Assembly: GCA_965261005.1 (NCBI GenBank)
Contig: OZ253375.1
Span: 1,888,001 to 1,952,000 of the forward strand
Direction: 5' to 3'
From: Deinococcus sp.
GTDB taxonomy: Bacteria; Deinococcota; Deinococci; Deinococcales; Deinococcaceae
Length of the DNA stretch: 64,000 nucleotides
The number at the start of each line of letters is the position of its first letter. The first letter of the stretch is position 1. Positions 22,764 to 34,960 of this stretch are shown here, in pieces. Both the position numbers and the translations under genes were made by a program. The notes under the pieces were generated by a model, which saw nothing but the letters and a program-made list of their open reading frames with translations, did no database searches and was not told the origin of the DNA.

Positions 22764-22897
22764 GGGGGCGGGTTTGAGGTCCGCCCCTCGCCGTGAAGTG
22801 TATGACGCACGGGCGGCCAAACGGCTCAAGTGAAGCCGAAAGGGTCAGCGTAGAACGTCCCCTCAGGGACATTTGAGCGCCCGCGTAAGATGCGCGC

Positions 22898-23836
22898 ATG
22901 ATTCGCATTTTGGCCCCCGGCGGCCAGCCGGCAGAATTGGCCCCGGATCAATTGGACAAGCTGAGGGAGCTGTGCGCCCAACAGGGGGTGTGGGCCGACG
23001 TGTGCTCGCCCACCCCACAGGAGGTGGAGGCCCTGAAGGGGGTCTTTCCCCTGAACGCCTTCGCGCTGGAGGACGCCTTGGAGCGCGACCACTGGAGCCG
23101 CTTCGGGCGCTACCCGGAACACGACTTCCTGATCCTGCGCACCCTGGCCGAGCCGGAGAGCGCCGGGAGCCGCACCGAGCGCGCCTCGATGTTTTGGCAA
23201 GCCCACTTTCTGCTGACCATCACCACCGAGCCGGTCAGCTACCTGGACGAGGTGTGGGACGAGCGCGCGGGCGAGCCGTTCGGGGTGCAGGACATCATCT
23301 ACAGCCTGCTCGACCACGCCACCGACGCCTTTTTCACCTACGCCGACACGCTGCGTGAGGCCACCGACGCCCTGGAGGAGCGGCTGTTCGGCGCGCAGGT
23401 GGGCAACACCCTGGCGCGCGAGGTCTTCGACCTCAAGCACGCGGCGGCTGGCGCGCGGCGCACGAGCGGCGGGACGCTGGCGGCCTGCGTGGGGCTGGCG
23501 CGCCACCTCGGCGGGGCGGACGCCCTGCGGCTGCACGACGTGCAGGAAAACCTCGGCCGGGTGCAGGAGACCTTCGACGGCATTCGCGACGTGCTGTCGA
23601 GCGTCCTCGACGTCTACCTGAACGTCCAGAACCAGCGCATGAACGAGGTGGTCAAGACCCTCACCGCCGTCAGCACCATCTTCTTGCCGCTGACCTTTTT
23701 GGCCGGCGTATGGGGCATGAACTTCGCCTACATGCCCGAACTGCACTGGCGCTACGGCTATCTGTTCGCGTGGCTGAGCATGCTGGCCCTGGGCGGGGCG
23801 CTGACGATCTACTTCAAGCGGCGCGGCTGGTGGTGA
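22898..23836 (+). CDS. corA: CorA-family Mg/Co transporter
   Basis: MNEVVKTLT..STIFLPLTFLAGVWGMNF..MPEL. Confidence 0.93.
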   Translation: MIRILAPGGQPAELAPDQLDKLRELCAQQGVWADVCSPTPQEVEALKGVFPLNAFALEDALERDHWSRFGRYPEHDFLILRTLAEPESAGSRTERASMFWQAHFLLTITTEPVSYLDEVWDERAGEPFGVQDIIYSLLDHATDAFFTYADTLREATDALEERLFGAQVGNTLAREVFDLKHAAAGARRTSGGTLAACVGLARHLGGADALRLHDVQENLGRVQETFDGIRDVLSSVLDVYLNVQNQRMNEVVKTLTAVSTIFLPLTFLAGVWGMNFAYMPELHWRYGYLFAWLSMLALGGALTIYFKRRGWW

Positions 23837-24018
23837 GGGGCTTCCCCCAGCCAGCCGCGCGCCCGCCAAGCGTCCACGCCGAACCAGAGGGCGAGTCCGA
23901 GCGGCAGCGCGGCCCATAGACTCCTCTGGCTCAGGCCCAGCCAGAGGGCGAGCGTGAGGCAGGTCAGGCAGGCCAAAATGCTCAGCAGCAGCACGGTTTT
24001 GGTGGGAAGGCGGCGCAT
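23809..24018 (-). CDS. Small membrane protein
   Basis: Two hydrophobic helices; convergent with corA. Confidence 0.45.
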   Translation of the reverse strand: MRRLPTKTVLLLSILACLTCLTLALWLGLSQRSLWAALPLGLALWFGVDAWRARGWLGEAPHHQPRRLK

Positions 24019-24240
24019 GACCCAAGTGTAAGGCCGGGCTTCTCTCAAGGCCCTTACGGCCTGACGTCATCGTTGGTGAAAGGAATCTACATGAGGAAGG
24101 CGGATCAGAATCAGCCCGGCCGACCGCTCTTGGCACGTTCGCTCACGTCCGGCCCGGCTCTACTACGCCGCACCACCCGCAACGAACCCAAGCCCCTTCA
24201 AGGCGGCTGGGTTATGTTGGTCAACCTGACGGGACACTCA

Positions 24241-24280
24241 TACGAATTCCGCTTAGTTCCTCAACACCGGGGAACCCGTA
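24241..24280. repeat. Minimal 40-bp MITE derivative
   Basis: TCA|TACGAATTCCGCTT...GGAACCCGTA|TCA; right TCA is the stop codon of the adjacent dehydrogenase. Confidence 0.6.
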
Positions 24281-25223
24281 TCACCTCAGGTGAACAAGGT
24301 TGCGCGGTTGGCGGGCGACAAAGGCTTCGAGATTCCCGATCAGCTGCTCGGCCAGCGTCTCGATGGACTGCACGCTGGCAAAGGCCATATGCGGAGTCAA
24401 GATCAGGTTCGGCAGGTCGAGGTCAAGCAGTGGGTTGCCTGCGGTGGGCGGTTCTTGTGACAGCACGTCGATCCCGGCACCCCCGAGTTCGTTCCGAAGC
24501 AGCGCTCCAGCCAGCGCCGCCTCATCGACGATCCCCCCACGGGCGCAGTTGATGAGCAGCGCGTCCGGTCGCATCTGGGCCAGTTCCGACGCGCCGATCA
24601 TGCCGCAGGTCGTCTCGTTCAGCGGGCACAGGATGACCAGCGCGTGGCTCTCCGCGAGCACCCGCTCAAACGAAGCACGACCCGCACGCAAAGTGGCGGC
24701 TCCTTTGTGCTCTGCAATCAGAGTTTTCATGCCGAAAGCCCGCGCCAGAACCGAGACCTGCCGGCCGAGCGCGCCATACCCGATCACGCCCAGGGTGGTG
24801 CCCGCTAATGTGATCGGCAGCGGCTGAAGCAAAAAGCCGTAGGTGGGTGACGCCTGCCACCGCGCGTTCATAGTTTGGCAGCTGCCGGCGTAGCGACAAC
24901 AGCAATGCGAAGACGTGCTCGGGAACCGACACGGACCAGTCGCGCACGTTGCACACCGAGACGCCGCGCTCTGCGCAGACGGCCACATCCACGTGCTCGT
25001 ATCCGGTGGCGGCTACCGCTACCAGTTCTAGGGTCGGCACCGCTTCGAGGACGGCGCGCGTGATGGGCACCCGGTTGGTGATTGCGATGTGAGCGCCCCG
25101 CAGGCGCTGGGCCGTCCGTTCCGGCGGCGTGTGGGCGTATTCTCGCCATTGATGCGAGAACTCCGGCGCCCGCAGCGGCACCCCGATGGCGCGGCGGTCG
25201 AGAAACACAACCCGGCGGCTCAC
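24281..25223 (-). pseudogene. D-2-hydroxyacid (glycerate) dehydrogenase, frameshifted
   Basis: N-terminal half (VAATGYEHVD, SVPEH) and C-terminal half (GVIGYGALG, INCARGGIVDE, TPH) lie in different frames, switching near 24860. Confidence 0.75.
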
Positions 25224-25642
25224 AAGCTTGGGGCACGGCCGTACAACGGCAAATTCCCGATCAGCTTGTTGAGCGTTTTCCTTGGACCGTACAGGATAAG
25301 GCCCAGATATCCCAAGGCTTCTGCGGGTGTGGCCGCCAGCGCCGAGATGTACGCCTCGTAGGTGCGGGCGTGCTGAGCGACGTCGCTGAAGCCCACGACC
25401 GTCATCCCCTCCTGTTCGGCCGCGCGCGCTCGCAGGGTCTTCATGGTGTCCCGGTCGGCCACCAAGACAGGCAGCGGCACGTTGATCAACCCGGCGTGTG
25501 CCTCCCCCGAGGCGTCCAGCGCGTCGGGAGGCAACAGGCCCGGCAGCTTGTGCCCCAGCGTCACCGCCAGCACGCCCGCCGCGTTCACGGCCAGGCCCGC
25601 TGAGAGGTCGTCCGCCAAGACCATCACACACTTCACGTCCAT
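25220..25642 (-). CDS. DUF2000-family protein
   Basis: KCVMVL..L..G...N...VL..TLG and YLGL.LYG...NKL.G.LPL patterns. Confidence 0.7.
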   Translation of the reverse strand: MDVKCVMVLADDLSAGLAVNAAGVLAVTLGHKLPGLLPPDALDASGEAHAGLINVPLPVLVADRDTMKTLRARAAEQEGMTVVGFSDVAQHARTYEAYISALAATPAEALGYLGLILYGPRKTLNKLIGNLPLYGRAPSL

Positions 25643-25724
25643 GTCGTCCTCCACGGAACCTCCTGAGGGAACTCCTGACCGGAAGGTAGCGCGGGCGAAC
25701 ACCGCCATCTTGCAAAATATTGTC

Positions 25725-26618
25725 ATGTCGGGGCGCTATGCTCGGGGCGTGGGTGACGTAAAACCGGTCGGGCGCGTTCGCCTCGGCCGTGATCAGGCGC
25801 GCCTGTGGCCTGTCCCCTTTCTGGGTGGACTTGACGTATTGCAGGCCCGCTTCGTCAAGCAGGCGTTCGCGCGCCACACGCATGAGGTGTTCACCGTCGG
25901 GGTGGTGTGGCGGGGCGCGGCGGCGTTCTGGAACCGGGGCGCCGAGCACGTCGCCCCGGACGGCAGCGTTATGCTGATCAACCCGGACGAGGTGAACACC
26001 GGCCACGCCTACGCCGAGGGCGGCTACGTTCATCTGGTGCTTTACCCCAGCGCCGAGCAGCTCCACACCGTGGCCGAGCAAATCGCGGGGAGGAGTGTGG
26101 GCGTTCCATACTTCCCGCAGAGCGTCGCGGCGGCGCCCGACGTGGCGGCGCAACTTACCAAGGCGCACCGCGCGTTGATCGCCCCGGAAACGTCCCAATT
26201 GGCGCGTGAGACGGCGCTACAAGACGCGCTCTCAAGCCTGGTCACCTCGCTTGCCGGGGGACGCCTTTCGCCGGGGCGAGTGGGGCGGGAGCGGGCAGCG
26301 GTGCGCTCGGCGCGAATGCATTTAGAGGCGAACGCCTGCGAGAACGTGTCGCTCGACGATCTGGCCCGGCTCACAGGTCTCAGCCCCTTCCACCTCACGC
26401 GCGCATTTCGCCAAGAGGTCGGGTTGCCGCCGCACGCTTATCAGGTGCAGGCACGTGTGCGCAGGGCGAAGGCGTGGATCGCCGCCGGGTGGAGCCTCGC
26501 GGAGGTGGCGCTCGCGGCGGGCTTCAGCGATCAGAGCGCGCTCTCGAACCAGTTCAGGCGCCACGTAGGCGTGACGCCCGGACAGTACGCGCGTTGGTTC
26601 GGGGCACAAGGCGGCTGA
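25725..26618 (+). CDS. AraC-family transcriptional regulator (start approximate)
   Basis: FARHTH cupin domain; LSPFHLTRAF...GLPPHAY; GFSDQS...F....GVTPGQY. Confidence 0.92.
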   Translation: MSGRYARGVGDVKPVGRVRLGRDQARLWPVPFLGGLDVLQARFVKQAFARHTHEVFTVGVVWRGAAAFWNRGAEHVAPDGSVMLINPDEVNTGHAYAEGGYVHLVLYPSAEQLHTVAEQIAGRSVGVPYFPQSVAAAPDVAAQLTKAHRALIAPETSQLARETALQDALSSLVTSLAGGRLSPGRVGRERAAVRSARMHLEANACENVSLDDLARLTGLSPFHLTRAFRQEVGLPPHAYQVQARVRRAKAWIAAGWSLAEVALAAGFSDQSALSNQFRRHVGVTPGQYARWFGAQGG

Positions 26619-26918
26619 AAGAGACCGAGCGCGGGTGGGGTATGCCAGGCATCTTCGGCGCAACGGGTGGTGAGCCGCCTTCCCAACACGATTCTCCTCG
26701 GTGGCAGCGATGTCAAACCCTTATGACCAGCGCCCTTTGCATCCCGGGCCGATTGGCCCTGGAGTGTTTGTCTGTGAAGTGAAGCGGCCGAAGGCGCGGA
26801 ACGGAACGGACAAACACTCTTCTTTTGCTACTCGTTCCACTCGGGAAGCAGGGGAAAACACCACTGCTTCCGACAAATGTTCTAGAGTGGTGCAAATTCA
26901 CTTTTTCCTGGAGGTTTC

Positions 26919-28682
<1,764 letters not shown>

Positions 28683-28695
28683 GTGGGGACGTGGC

Positions 28696-29667
28696 GTGCT
28701 GACCTTTATCCTGCGCCGCGTCCTGATCATGATCCCCACCCTGCTGCTGATCTCGGTGATCTGCTTCGCCGTGATCAAGCTGCAGCCGGGCAGCTTTACC
28801 GACCAGTACCTGGGGGACCCGCGCTTCTCGAAAGAGACGGTGGCGCGCATCACGGCGCAGCTGGGCCTGAACGACCCGGCCCCGGTACAGTACGGCAAGT
28901 GGCTGTGGGGCCTCCTCACGCGCGGGGACTTCGGCTACTCCTTTTTGAGTGGCCGCCCCGTCATCAGCCTGATCGGTGAGCGGCTGGGCTGGACGGTCTT
29001 CATCGCGGCGATCACGCTGCTGGTGAGCTGGTTGATCGCGGTGCCCCTCGGCATCTACACCGCCATTCACCGCCACGGCCTCGCCGCGACCGTCGCCAAC
29101 CTCTTCGGCTACGTTGGCATCGCCATTCCCGACTTTCTGGCGGCCTTGCTGCTGGTGGCGCTGGTCCTGAGTTACGGCGGGACCAACGTGGGCGGGCTGT
29201 TCAGCCCACAGAACATCGGGGCGCCGTGGTCGCTGGCCCGGGTGGGCGACCTGCTGGCCCATTTGTGGATTCCGGTGGTGGCGGTCGGGCTGGAGGGGGT
29301 GGCGGGCCTGATGCGTCAGATGCGCGCCAGCACCCTGGACGTGTTGGGGCAGGACTACGTGCGCACCGCGCGCTCCAAGGGGCTGCGCGGCTCGGTCGTG
29401 ATCTGGCGGCACGCGGTCAGGAACGCCATCAACCCCCTGATCAGCCTGGCCGGCCTGAGCCTGCCCACCCTGATCTCGGGCACCATTATCATCTCCATCG
29501 TGCTGAACCTGCCCACCATCGGGCCGCTCTTGTACGACAGCTTGGTGAACAAGGACCAGTACACCGCCCTCACGCTGCTGCTGCTCTCGGCGTTTTTGCT
29601 GCTGATCGGGAATCTCTTGGCCGACCTCGCGCTGGCCTGGGCCGATCCACGGGTCAGGTACCAGTGA
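28696..29667 (+). CDS. ABC peptide-type permease (OppB/DppB-like)
   Basis: DYVRTARSKG EAA loop, HAVRNA, DPRVRY. Confidence 0.93.
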   Translation: MLTFILRRVLIMIPTLLLISVICFAVIKLQPGSFTDQYLGDPRFSKETVARITAQLGLNDPAPVQYGKWLWGLLTRGDFGYSFLSGRPVISLIGERLGWTVFIAAITLLVSWLIAVPLGIYTAIHRHGLAATVANLFGYVGIAIPDFLAALLLVALVLSYGGTNVGGLFSPQNIGAPWSLARVGDLLAHLWIPVVAVGLEGVAGLMRQMRASTLDVLGQDYVRTARSKGLRGSVVIWRHAVRNAINPLISLAGLSLPTLISGTIIISIVLNLPTIGPLLYDSLVNKDQYTALTLLLLSAFLLLIGNLLADLALAWADPRVRYQ

Positions 29668-30779
29668 GCGCGCGGGCGGTTCCCCCCTCCCCCGCAAGGG
29701 GGGAGGAGAGCAGGGCTGCCGGGCCGCTGGCGCTGGCGTGGCGGCGCTACCGAAAGTCCAAAATCGGTGTGCTGGGAGGCTGGCTCCTCGTGGCGCTGTA
29801 CCTGATGGCGCTGCTGGCCGGCTTTCTCTCGCCCTACAACATCACCGTCCAGCACGAGGCGTACCCTTACCAGCCGCCGCAGCGGTTGCACCTCGTTCAC
29901 GCCGGCCAACTGACGCGCCCCTTCGTCTACCCGGTCGTCAAGACCCGCGACCCCGTCACCTTCGTCTCCAAGTACGCCGAGGACCAGACCCGGCCGCTGC
30001 CAATTCGGTTCTTCGTGCGCGGCGAGCCGTACCGCTTTTTTGGCGTGAGGACCGATCTGCACCTATCCGGGGTACAGGACGGCGGCTTCTACTTCCCCTT
30101 CGGCACCGACCAACTGGGCCGCGACCTCTTTTCGCGCACCTTGGTCGGGGCGCAGGTCAGTTTGACGGTCGGGCTGATCGGCATTCTGATCTCCTTTGCC
30201 ATCGGCATCGTCGTGGGCGGGGTCAGCGGGTATTACGGCGGCTGGGTGGACAACCTGTTGCAGCGGGTGATCGAGGTGCTGCTCTCGTTTCCGCGCCTGC
30301 CGATTCTGTTGGCGCTGTCGGCCATCATCCCGGCCAGCTTGCCGTCCACCTGGGTGTACCTCGCCATCGTGGCGGTGCTGGCGCTGATCGGCTGGGCCAG
30401 CCTGGCGCGGGTGATTCGCGGCCAGGTGCTGTCGGCGCGGCAGGTGGAGTACGTCGCCGCCGCCGGGGCGGTGGGCGCCTCAGATTTGCGCATCATCTTG
30501 CGCCACATCATCCCCAACCTCAGCTCGTTTCTGATCGTGACGGCCACCTTGGCGCTGCCCGGCTACATCCTGGGCGAGAGCGCGCTCTCCTTTTTAGGAC
30601 TGGGTATCAAGGAGCCGATGACCTCGTGGGGCCTGCTGCTGAGGGACGCGCAGAACTTCCAGACCCTTAGCCTGTACCCCTGGCTGCTGCTGCCGGGGGC
30701 CTTTATCGTGCTGAGCGTGCTCGCCTTTAACTTCTTCGGCGACGCCCTTCGGGACGCGGCGGACACGCAGGGCAGGTAA
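29664..30779 (+). CDS. ABC peptide-type permease (OppC/DppC-like)
   Basis: [35 protein letters not shown]. Confidence 0.93.
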   Translation: MSARAVPPSPARGEESRAAGPLALAWRRYRKSKIGVLGGWLLVALYLMALLAGFLSPYNITVQHEAYPYQPPQRLHLVHAGQLTRPFVYPVVKTRDPVTFVSKYAEDQTRPLPIRFFVRGEPYRFFGVRTDLHLSGVQDGGFYFPFGTDQLGRDLFSRTLVGAQVSLTVGLIGILISFAIGIVVGGVSGYYGGWVDNLLQRVIEVLLSFPRLPILLALSAIIPASLPSTWVYLAIVAVLALIGWASLARVIRGQVLSARQVEYVAAAGAVGASDLRIILRHIIPNLSSFLIVTATLALPGYILGESALSFLGLGIKEPMTSWGLLLRDAQNFQTLSLYPWLLLPGAFIVLSVLAFNFFGDALRDAADTQGR

Positions 30780-30825
30780 CCCCCCCGGCTCCTCCCCCCG
30801 CGCGGGGGAGGGCAGAAAGATGTGA

Positions 30826-31839
30826 ATGACCTTCGACGACCTCGATTCCGCCTTTGACTTGCTGGAACGTGCCCCGATGCCCGCCGTCGCCGCCGCCGTG
30901 GTGACGCCGGAAGGGGTGACTCAGGAACTCACGCGCGGCGTCGCCAACTTGGAGACGGGGGAAGCGCTGACGGGGGACCACGCCTTCGACCTCGCCAGCC
31001 TGACCAAGGTGCTGGTGACGCTGCCGGGGGTGCTGGGATTGCTGGAGCGCGGCAGGCTCAGTTTGAGCGATTCCCTTGCTCTGCATTTACCCGAAGCGGG
31101 CTGGATGCAGGAGGGGGGCCTCGGGACGGCGACCATCGCGCAGCTCTTGTCTCACACCTCGGGCCTGCCGGCCTGGGCGCCGCTGTACACCTTTCCGGCG
31201 GGGCGGGACACCCTGTTGGCGCGGGTGTTGCAAACGCCGCTGGAGGCTGCGCCGGGGGAGCGCTTTCTCTACTCGGACTTGGGCTTTATCGCGCTGGGCC
31301 AGTTGGCGGAGCGTCTGACCGGCAAGGGGCCGGACCAGTTGGCCGCAGAGCGCGGCTGGGTGACGTACCGCCCGACCGGCCCCACGGTCGCCACCGAGCG
31401 CTGTCCGTGGCGCGGCCGGACCCTGCAAGGCGAGGTCCACGACGAGAACGCCTCCTCGCTGGGCGGCGTCAGCGGGCACGCGGGGGCCTTCGGCACGTTG
31501 GCGGACGTGTGCCGCGCCGCGCGGGGCTGGCTGACGAATGCGGTCAGCCCCGCCACCCGCGACGTGATGACCCGCCCGTGGTCCTTTGAGCGGGGCGGCA
31601 ACCCGCGCGGCCTGGGCTGGGTGCTGGGCTGGCCGGGCTGCTCGGGGGGCGACCTCGCCAGCCGCCAAGCCTTTGGGCACACCGGCTTCACGGGAACCAG
31701 CTTGTGGATGGAGCCGGAGCGCGGCTACGCCATCATCTTGTTGACCAACCGCGTTCACCCGACCCGCTTTTCCGGCGACGACATCATCCACCTGCGGCGG
31801 CGCTTCGGCAACGCGGTACACGCGGCGTGGCGGGGGTGA
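30826..31839 (+). CDS. Serine hydrolase, beta-lactamase-like (AmiE-type)
   Basis: ASLTK (SxxK), YSD, GEVHDENA, GHTGFTGT, LLTNRVHP. Confidence 0.88.
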   Translation: MTFDDLDSAFDLLERAPMPAVAAAVVTPEGVTQELTRGVANLETGEALTGDHAFDLASLTKVLVTLPGVLGLLERGRLSLSDSLALHLPEAGWMQEGGLGTATIAQLLSHTSGLPAWAPLYTFPAGRDTLLARVLQTPLEAAPGERFLYSDLGFIALGQLAERLTGKGPDQLAAERGWVTYRPTGPTVATERCPWRGRTLQGEVHDENASSLGGVSGHAGAFGTLADVCRAARGWLTNAVSPATRDVMTRPWSFERGGNPRGLGWVLGWPGCSGGDLASRQAFGHTGFTGTSLWMEPERGYAIILLTNRVHPTRFSGDDIIHLRRRFGNAVHAAWRG

Positions 31840-32732
31840 GCGTGGCCGGGGAAGTGAACACCGAGCAACTCGACGAGCGTTACCGCGACCTGGACACGTT
31901 GGAGACGGCCGAGTTGGTGGGGACGCTGCTCGAAGGCCAGCTGCGCGCGGCGCGGGCGGTCCTCGCGGCGGCGCCTGACCTCGCGCGGGCGGTGGACTTG
32001 GCGGCGGCGCGCCTTTCGCGCGGCGGGCGCCTGCTGTATATCGGGGCCGGAACCAGCGGGCGCCTCGCCCAGCTGGACGCGGCCGAGCTACCGCCCACCT
32101 TCTCCTGGCCCAAGGAAAAAGCCGTGGCGCTGCTGGCCGGCGGCCGTGAGGCGATGTGGGCGGCCAAGGAAGGGGCCGAGGACGACCCGGACGCGGCCAG
32201 AACCGACCTGATGGGCGCCGAACTCGGCCCGAACGACGTGCTGCTGGCCCTGGCCGCCTCGGGCACGACCCCCTACGCGCTGGCCGGGCTGCGCTACGCG
32301 AAGGAGGTGGGCGCGCTGGCCGTCGGCATCGCCAACAACCCCGGCGCGCCCCTGCTGGCGGAGGCCGACGTGGCGCTGCTGCTGGACAGCGGCCCGGAAG
32401 TGGTCGGCGGCAGCACCCGCTTGGGGGCCGGCACCGCGCAGAAGATCGCCCTCAACACCTTTTCGAGCGCGGTGATGGTGCGGCTGGGCAAGGTCTACGG
32501 CAACCTGATGGTGGACCTACGCGCCAGCAACGCCAAGCTGCGGGCGCGCGCCGAACGTCTGGTGACGCTGGCGGCCGGGGTGGACGCGGCGGCGGCCCGC
32601 GCGGCGCTGGCGGCCTGCGACGGGCAGGTGAGCGTGGCGCTCATCAGCCTGCGGCGCGGCGTGGGAGCGGACGAGGCGCGCGCCTTGCTGAAGGCCGCCG
32701 GCGGCCACGTCCGGCGCGCCCTGGAGAAATAG
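31836..32732 (+). CDS. murQ: N-acetylmuramic acid 6-phosphate etherase
   Basis: GAGTSGRL..LDAAELPPTF, GPEVVGGSTRL.AGTAQK, GKVYGNLMVD. Confidence 0.93.
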   Translation: MSVAGEVNTEQLDERYRDLDTLETAELVGTLLEGQLRAARAVLAAAPDLARAVDLAAARLSRGGRLLYIGAGTSGRLAQLDAAELPPTFSWPKEKAVALLAGGREAMWAAKEGAEDDPDAARTDLMGAELGPNDVLLALAASGTTPYALAGLRYAKEVGALAVGIANNPGAPLLAEADVALLLDSGPEVVGGSTRLGAGTAQKIALNTFSSAVMVRLGKVYGNLMVDLRASNAKLRARAERLVTLAAGVDAAAARAALAACDGQVSVALISLRRGVGADEARALLKAAGGHVRRALEK

Positions 32733-33563
32733 GTGTACGGGGTCGGCGCCGACGTGGGCGGCACCCACGCGCGGGCGCTGCTGACTGAGCGAGGTGAGCC
32801 GCTGGCCGAAGGTCTGGCCCCCGGCGGCAATCTGCGCCAGGTGGGGCCGGCGCAGGTGGTGGCGACCCTCGCGGCGGCGCTGACGGACGCCTTTCACAAG
32901 GCCGGCCTCGCTCCCGACCTCGGCGCCTGCCGGGTCCACGCCGGGGTGGCGGGCCTGGCGACGCCGGAGGACGGGGCGGCCCTCGCGGCGACCCCGCACC
33001 CCTTCGCCCGCCTGAGCGCGCAGAGCGACGCCCAGTTGGCGCTGGACGCCTATTTCGGCGGCGAGCCGGGGGCGCTCTTGATCGTCGGGACCGGCTGTTT
33101 GGCCCTGGCGCGGGACGCGGGCGGGCAACTCCATCGGCGGCGCGGCTGGGGCTTTCCCTTGGAGGAGGGGGGCGGCGCGGACTTGGGGCTGCGGGCCTTG
33201 CGGCTGGGCCTGGCCGATTGGGAGCGGGGCGAGGAAAGCGCCCTCGCGGCGGCCTTGCAAACCGAGTTCATCTCCCCGCGCGCCGTGATGGAGTGGACCA
33301 GGGGGCAGACTGGCGGCGGCTACGCCCGCTTCGCGCCGCTGCTGTTTGAGGGGGAGGACGAACGCGCCCAGAAGATCGTCGGGGAATGGCGAAGGTCCTG
33401 CCGCTCGCTGCTTCTCAACCTGCTGCGCGTCAGCGGCGTCCCCGCGCTGGGCACCTGGGGCGGCTTGGCGCAGCATTTGCGCTGGCCTGAAGGGGAGCCG
33501 CTGTGGCAACCGGCGCGGCAGTCACCTCTGGCGTGGGCCGCCCGGCAGAGTGCGCAGAAGTGA
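32733..33563 (+). CDS. BadF/BadG-type N-acetylglucosamine/MurNAc kinase
   Basis: GADVGGT, AGVAG, SDA, IVGTG, GWG motifs; follows murQ. Confidence 0.8.
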   Translation: MYGVGADVGGTHARALLTERGEPLAEGLAPGGNLRQVGPAQVVATLAAALTDAFHKAGLAPDLGACRVHAGVAGLATPEDGAALAATPHPFARLSAQSDAQLALDAYFGGEPGALLIVGTGCLALARDAGGQLHRRRGWGFPLEEGGGADLGLRALRLGLADWERGEESALAAALQTEFISPRAVMEWTRGQTGGGYARFAPLLFEGEDERAQKIVGEWRRSCRSLLLNLLRVSGVPALGTWGGLAQHLRWPEGEPLWQPARQSPLAWAARQSAQK

Positions 33564-33575
33564 TACGGTTCACAT

Positions 33576-34958
33576 TTAGGTGCCAGGTGCGGTTTTGTCT
33601 TCGCTGTCATCCTCAACGATAACAGCAACCATCGCTTCATACCCATCCAGTAGACCTCTTGCGAAAGTCAGGAGGGTTGGGCGCGGGTAAGGTTACAGAG
33701 GGCGGCGATGAGCTGAACCCGAAGGGCAAAGCGACGCCGCCGATGTCGGTAGACGCCCTTGAGCACCCGAAAGACCTTCATGCGACGGATGACGTGTTCG
33801 ATTCCTTGGCGGGTATAGGCCAGCACCCGGTTTTCTCGACGCTGCTCTTTGGTCAACGGCTTGGACTTGGTCGCCTTATGCGTGGTGATGGCGTGCCCGT
33901 GGCTTCTCCACAAACCCTGATACCCCGCATCCCCGATCAGGGCCGTGTCATGAGGAAACCGTACCCCAGACTGCCGAAACAGCTTGAGATCATGGATGGC
34001 TCCAGCACTCGTCGCCGTGCCCAGGATGTGCTGAGTCACGGTACAGATCAGGACTTGGAACTTCAAGGTGTGCCGCTTCTTCTTGCCGCTGTACCAGCGG
34101 CGCTGCTTTTTTTGGGTCGTTCACACGGCACTTCGGACGCATCGACGGCCACGATGCTGTAGACCGTCTGCGCTTGCTGGAACACGCGCTTTCTAGGCAT
34201 CTGGAACTGCTGGCTGGCGATCAGGGCTTCTTCGACACGTTCCACCGTGCGGTGCACCGTGGTCTCATGGACGCCCCAGTCGTCACCCAGGTGCGCGAAG
34301 GTGCGGTACTCGCGCCAGAATTCCAGTGTCATCAGAAGTTGTTCAGCCACCCTGAGCGCGGCTGGACGACCAGATTTCTTCTTCTGTCCTTCTCGCTCGA
34401 TCAGCACCGCTTCCATCTGGGCGAAGGTTTCGGGATACACCCCGGTGCGTCGGCGGAACTGCTTGCGGTTCATCTTCAGTGTCCGTCTCAGGCGATCTCG
34501 CTCCACCCCTTGAGCTTAACCCACGACTTTCGCAAGAGGTCTATTAACTTATGTCTCCGAAATATAGCCATTGTTTTTGGCGCGTAGTCAAAACCCACTG
34601 TTAGATTTGGTTGAGAAGATAATTTGAAAGAGGATGCCGTAGCGCCGTAATCGGTACGCCAAGGCATATCGAAAATCCAGCCGTCACCTAACGCATCTTG
34701 TATTTTTCCGGCTGTGGTCTTCAAGTCCTCATGTGTCACCGTACAAAACTGATGTTTCCCACCTTCGATTATTATGTCCTCTGGGCAATTTACTACTTTC
34801 AAACCTAAGCTTTGCATCTTCGTCTTGATTTCATCAAATAAAGTGTCAATTGTATAGCTTGCAGCCACTTTCTTATACCCTTTGCTATTAATAGCGAAAC
34901 CAACAATTCCGAGAACAGCAATACTACTTAAGACTATCGAAGTAGTACGAACGCTCAT
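33576..34958 (-). pseudogene. Third immunity-like paralog, split by an IS5 insertion
   Basis: 34958-34542 encodes the MPWRTDYG paralog; 33652-33576 continues in frame as LDGYEAMVAVIVEDDSEDKTAPGT*, matching the paralog C-termini. Confidence 0.8.
33653..34541 (-). mobile_element. IS5-family element with two-ORF frameshifted transposase
   Basis: 17-bp perfect TIR GACCTCTTGCGAAAGTC with TA duplication; ORF 34063-34506 (HTH, VDASE) and ORF ending at 33668 (GDAGYQG, IEHVIRRMK); AAAAAAG slippery site. Confidence 0.9.
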
Positions 34959-34960
34959 AC

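Noticed and set aside
33561..33572. TGA-TACGGTTC after the kinase stop as a sixth MITE end
   Set aside because: The match is too short and has no partner end.
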